Source: Eledone cirrhosa
Lineage: Eukaryota
Direction of reading: 5' to 3'
DNA: 64,000 nucleotides
Assembly: GCA_964016885.1 (NCBI GenBank)
Contig: OZ024744.1
Location: 98,766,001 to 98,830,000 of the forward strand
In this document: positions 62,458 through 64,000 of the stretch, one piece after another
Numbering within the stretch: the first letter of the stretch is position 1
Layout: every line of letters begins with the position of its first letter
Made by a program: the position numbers and the translations under genes
The notes under the pieces: model-generated
What the model saw: the letters and a program-made list of their open reading frames with translations, nothing else
Told to the model about the DNA's origin: nothing
The model's database searches: none

Positions 62458-64000
62458 TCACCAGTGTACAGGCTTTCTGACACTAGTTTTATCTGAAAAC
62501 TGAAAAAGAAGTTTGTTAATGCCACTAGGGGTTAGATGTATATTGTTTTTGAAAGTTTTTGTGGCCATTTTACCGTCCTGCCACCTCATGTGACATAAGG
62601 TTGTGTGGTATGTGGTGGAGGTGAAGGTGTTGGTGTGGGAGTGAGGTATGTCAGGCAGTATGATGAGAATTTCAGAAAAAGCCTTCTTTGCTCTGTCAAT
62701 GGATATTGTCTCTTTTCGTCCATTGACAGCCACTGTAAAATGTTTGGGTGTGTGCGAAAGCACACGAAAAGGTCCATTATAAGGTGACGTAAGAGGTCCC
62801 TTGACGGAATCATTCCGTATGAAAATGTGTGTCCACGTAGTAATGTCCGATGGGACAGCAGAAGAAATAGATTGGTCACGAGGGTTCATCGGTGGAAGAT
62901 CCGAGAAATACGAACGAATCTTGGTGACATATGATGCTGGGTCAAGATGTGATGAATCCACTGGTGCTAACATTTGTCCAGGAAGAGACAAGGGGGTACC
63001 ATAAAGAAGTTCAGCAGAAGAAAAACCTAAATCTGTCTTAATGGCAGAACGACAACCAAGAAGCACGATTGGCAAAAATTCAGTCCAACGTTGCAGATCA
63101 GGAGTAGCGCGAAGTGCAGCTTTCAACTGTCTATGGAACCTCTCGACCATTCCATTGGAGGCTGGGTGGTAGCTGGTCGTATGAATGTGATGAGCACCCA
63201 AGAGTCGTGATATTTCACAAAATAAGGAAGCTTCAAATTGGCGTCCACGAGCCGTAGTTATTTTAGTAGGAACACCGAAACGAGCAATCCAATTGGAAAT
63301 GAAGGCTCGGGCAACGGACTCTACTGTTATGTCCATGAGGGTTATGGCTTCAGGCTACCGAGAGAAACGATCGATACAAGTCAATATGTATGTGAACCCA
63401 CGACTAACGGGCCATGGACCAACAATATCCATGTGTATATGACGGAAACGTGCGTCTGGCGGGCTGAATTTCCTAAGAGGAGCGCGGACATGCCGATAAA
63501 TCTTAGAGCGCTGACACTTCAAGCAAGAACGTGCACAACTGGTGATTAAATGACACATATTAGACCAGAGGAATCAAGCCGTAATAAGCTTCACCATGGC
63601 AGCTATGCCAGGATGCGACAAGGAATGAAGTGCATCAAAAACGGTACGCTGATGATAATCCGGAACAAGGGGTTTGGGTGAACCAGTAGAAATATCACAA
63701 AGAATTTTTCCTTCAGCAGATGGAAGAAGTAAATAATCAAACTTACAGCAGGAAAGTTGGGTAGAAGAAATGTCCAACGAATCCAAAATAGGTTGGTCAG
63801 TTGCTATGGCAACTAAATCGATATGTGCAGGAGACGCAAGAGAACACACAGAAAGTCGAGATAGTGCATCCGCAGGTATGGTGGCAGTTCCAGCTATATG
63901 ACGAATGTCACTGGTATACTGGGAGATGAGATCCAGATGCCTATACGCTCTCGGAGAGTTCCTGTCGGATTTGGTGTGAAGAGCGAATGTGAGTGGTTTA
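62458..64000 (-). pseudogene. Ty3/Gypsy pol remnant (RNase H end, Zn finger, integrase), CsRN1/Boudicca-like
   Basis: ADALSR, HSLSHPG...CLKC, HIHMDIVGP, YHPASNGMVERFHRQLK and GPF motifs; stop, frameshifts, second catalytic D reads A (ITTARG). Confidence 0.9.

Overview
AT-rich, repeat-dense animal genomic DNA, most likely mollusc and probably octopus. This is inferred from the PEP mutase sequence and the SINE/RTE/Penelope repertoire, not from a database search. One host gene is present: a minus-strand phosphoenolpyruvate phosphomutase (PEP mutase, the C-P bond-forming enzyme). I reconstructed seven GT-AG exons with matching phases (57935-57839, 45945-45733, 41926-41826, 25040-24923, 14551-14472, 11237-11061, 4699-4616; 289 aa + stop). 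Its start exon was not found and probably lies beyond the window. The introns hold three large Penelope-like elements (PLEs) plus remnants, clustered at (TA)n tracts with tandem/inverted pseudo-LTRs and several hammerhead-ribozyme motifs. They also hold RTE LINE fragments, two tRNA-derived SINE families, two non-autonomous Helitrons, hAT/mariner/pogo/piggyBac MITEs, many fold-back hairpins and kb-scale minisatellites, several amplified from LINE/SINE sequence. A decayed Gypsy element lies at the right end. Most long ORFs in the track are transposon or tandem-repeat products.
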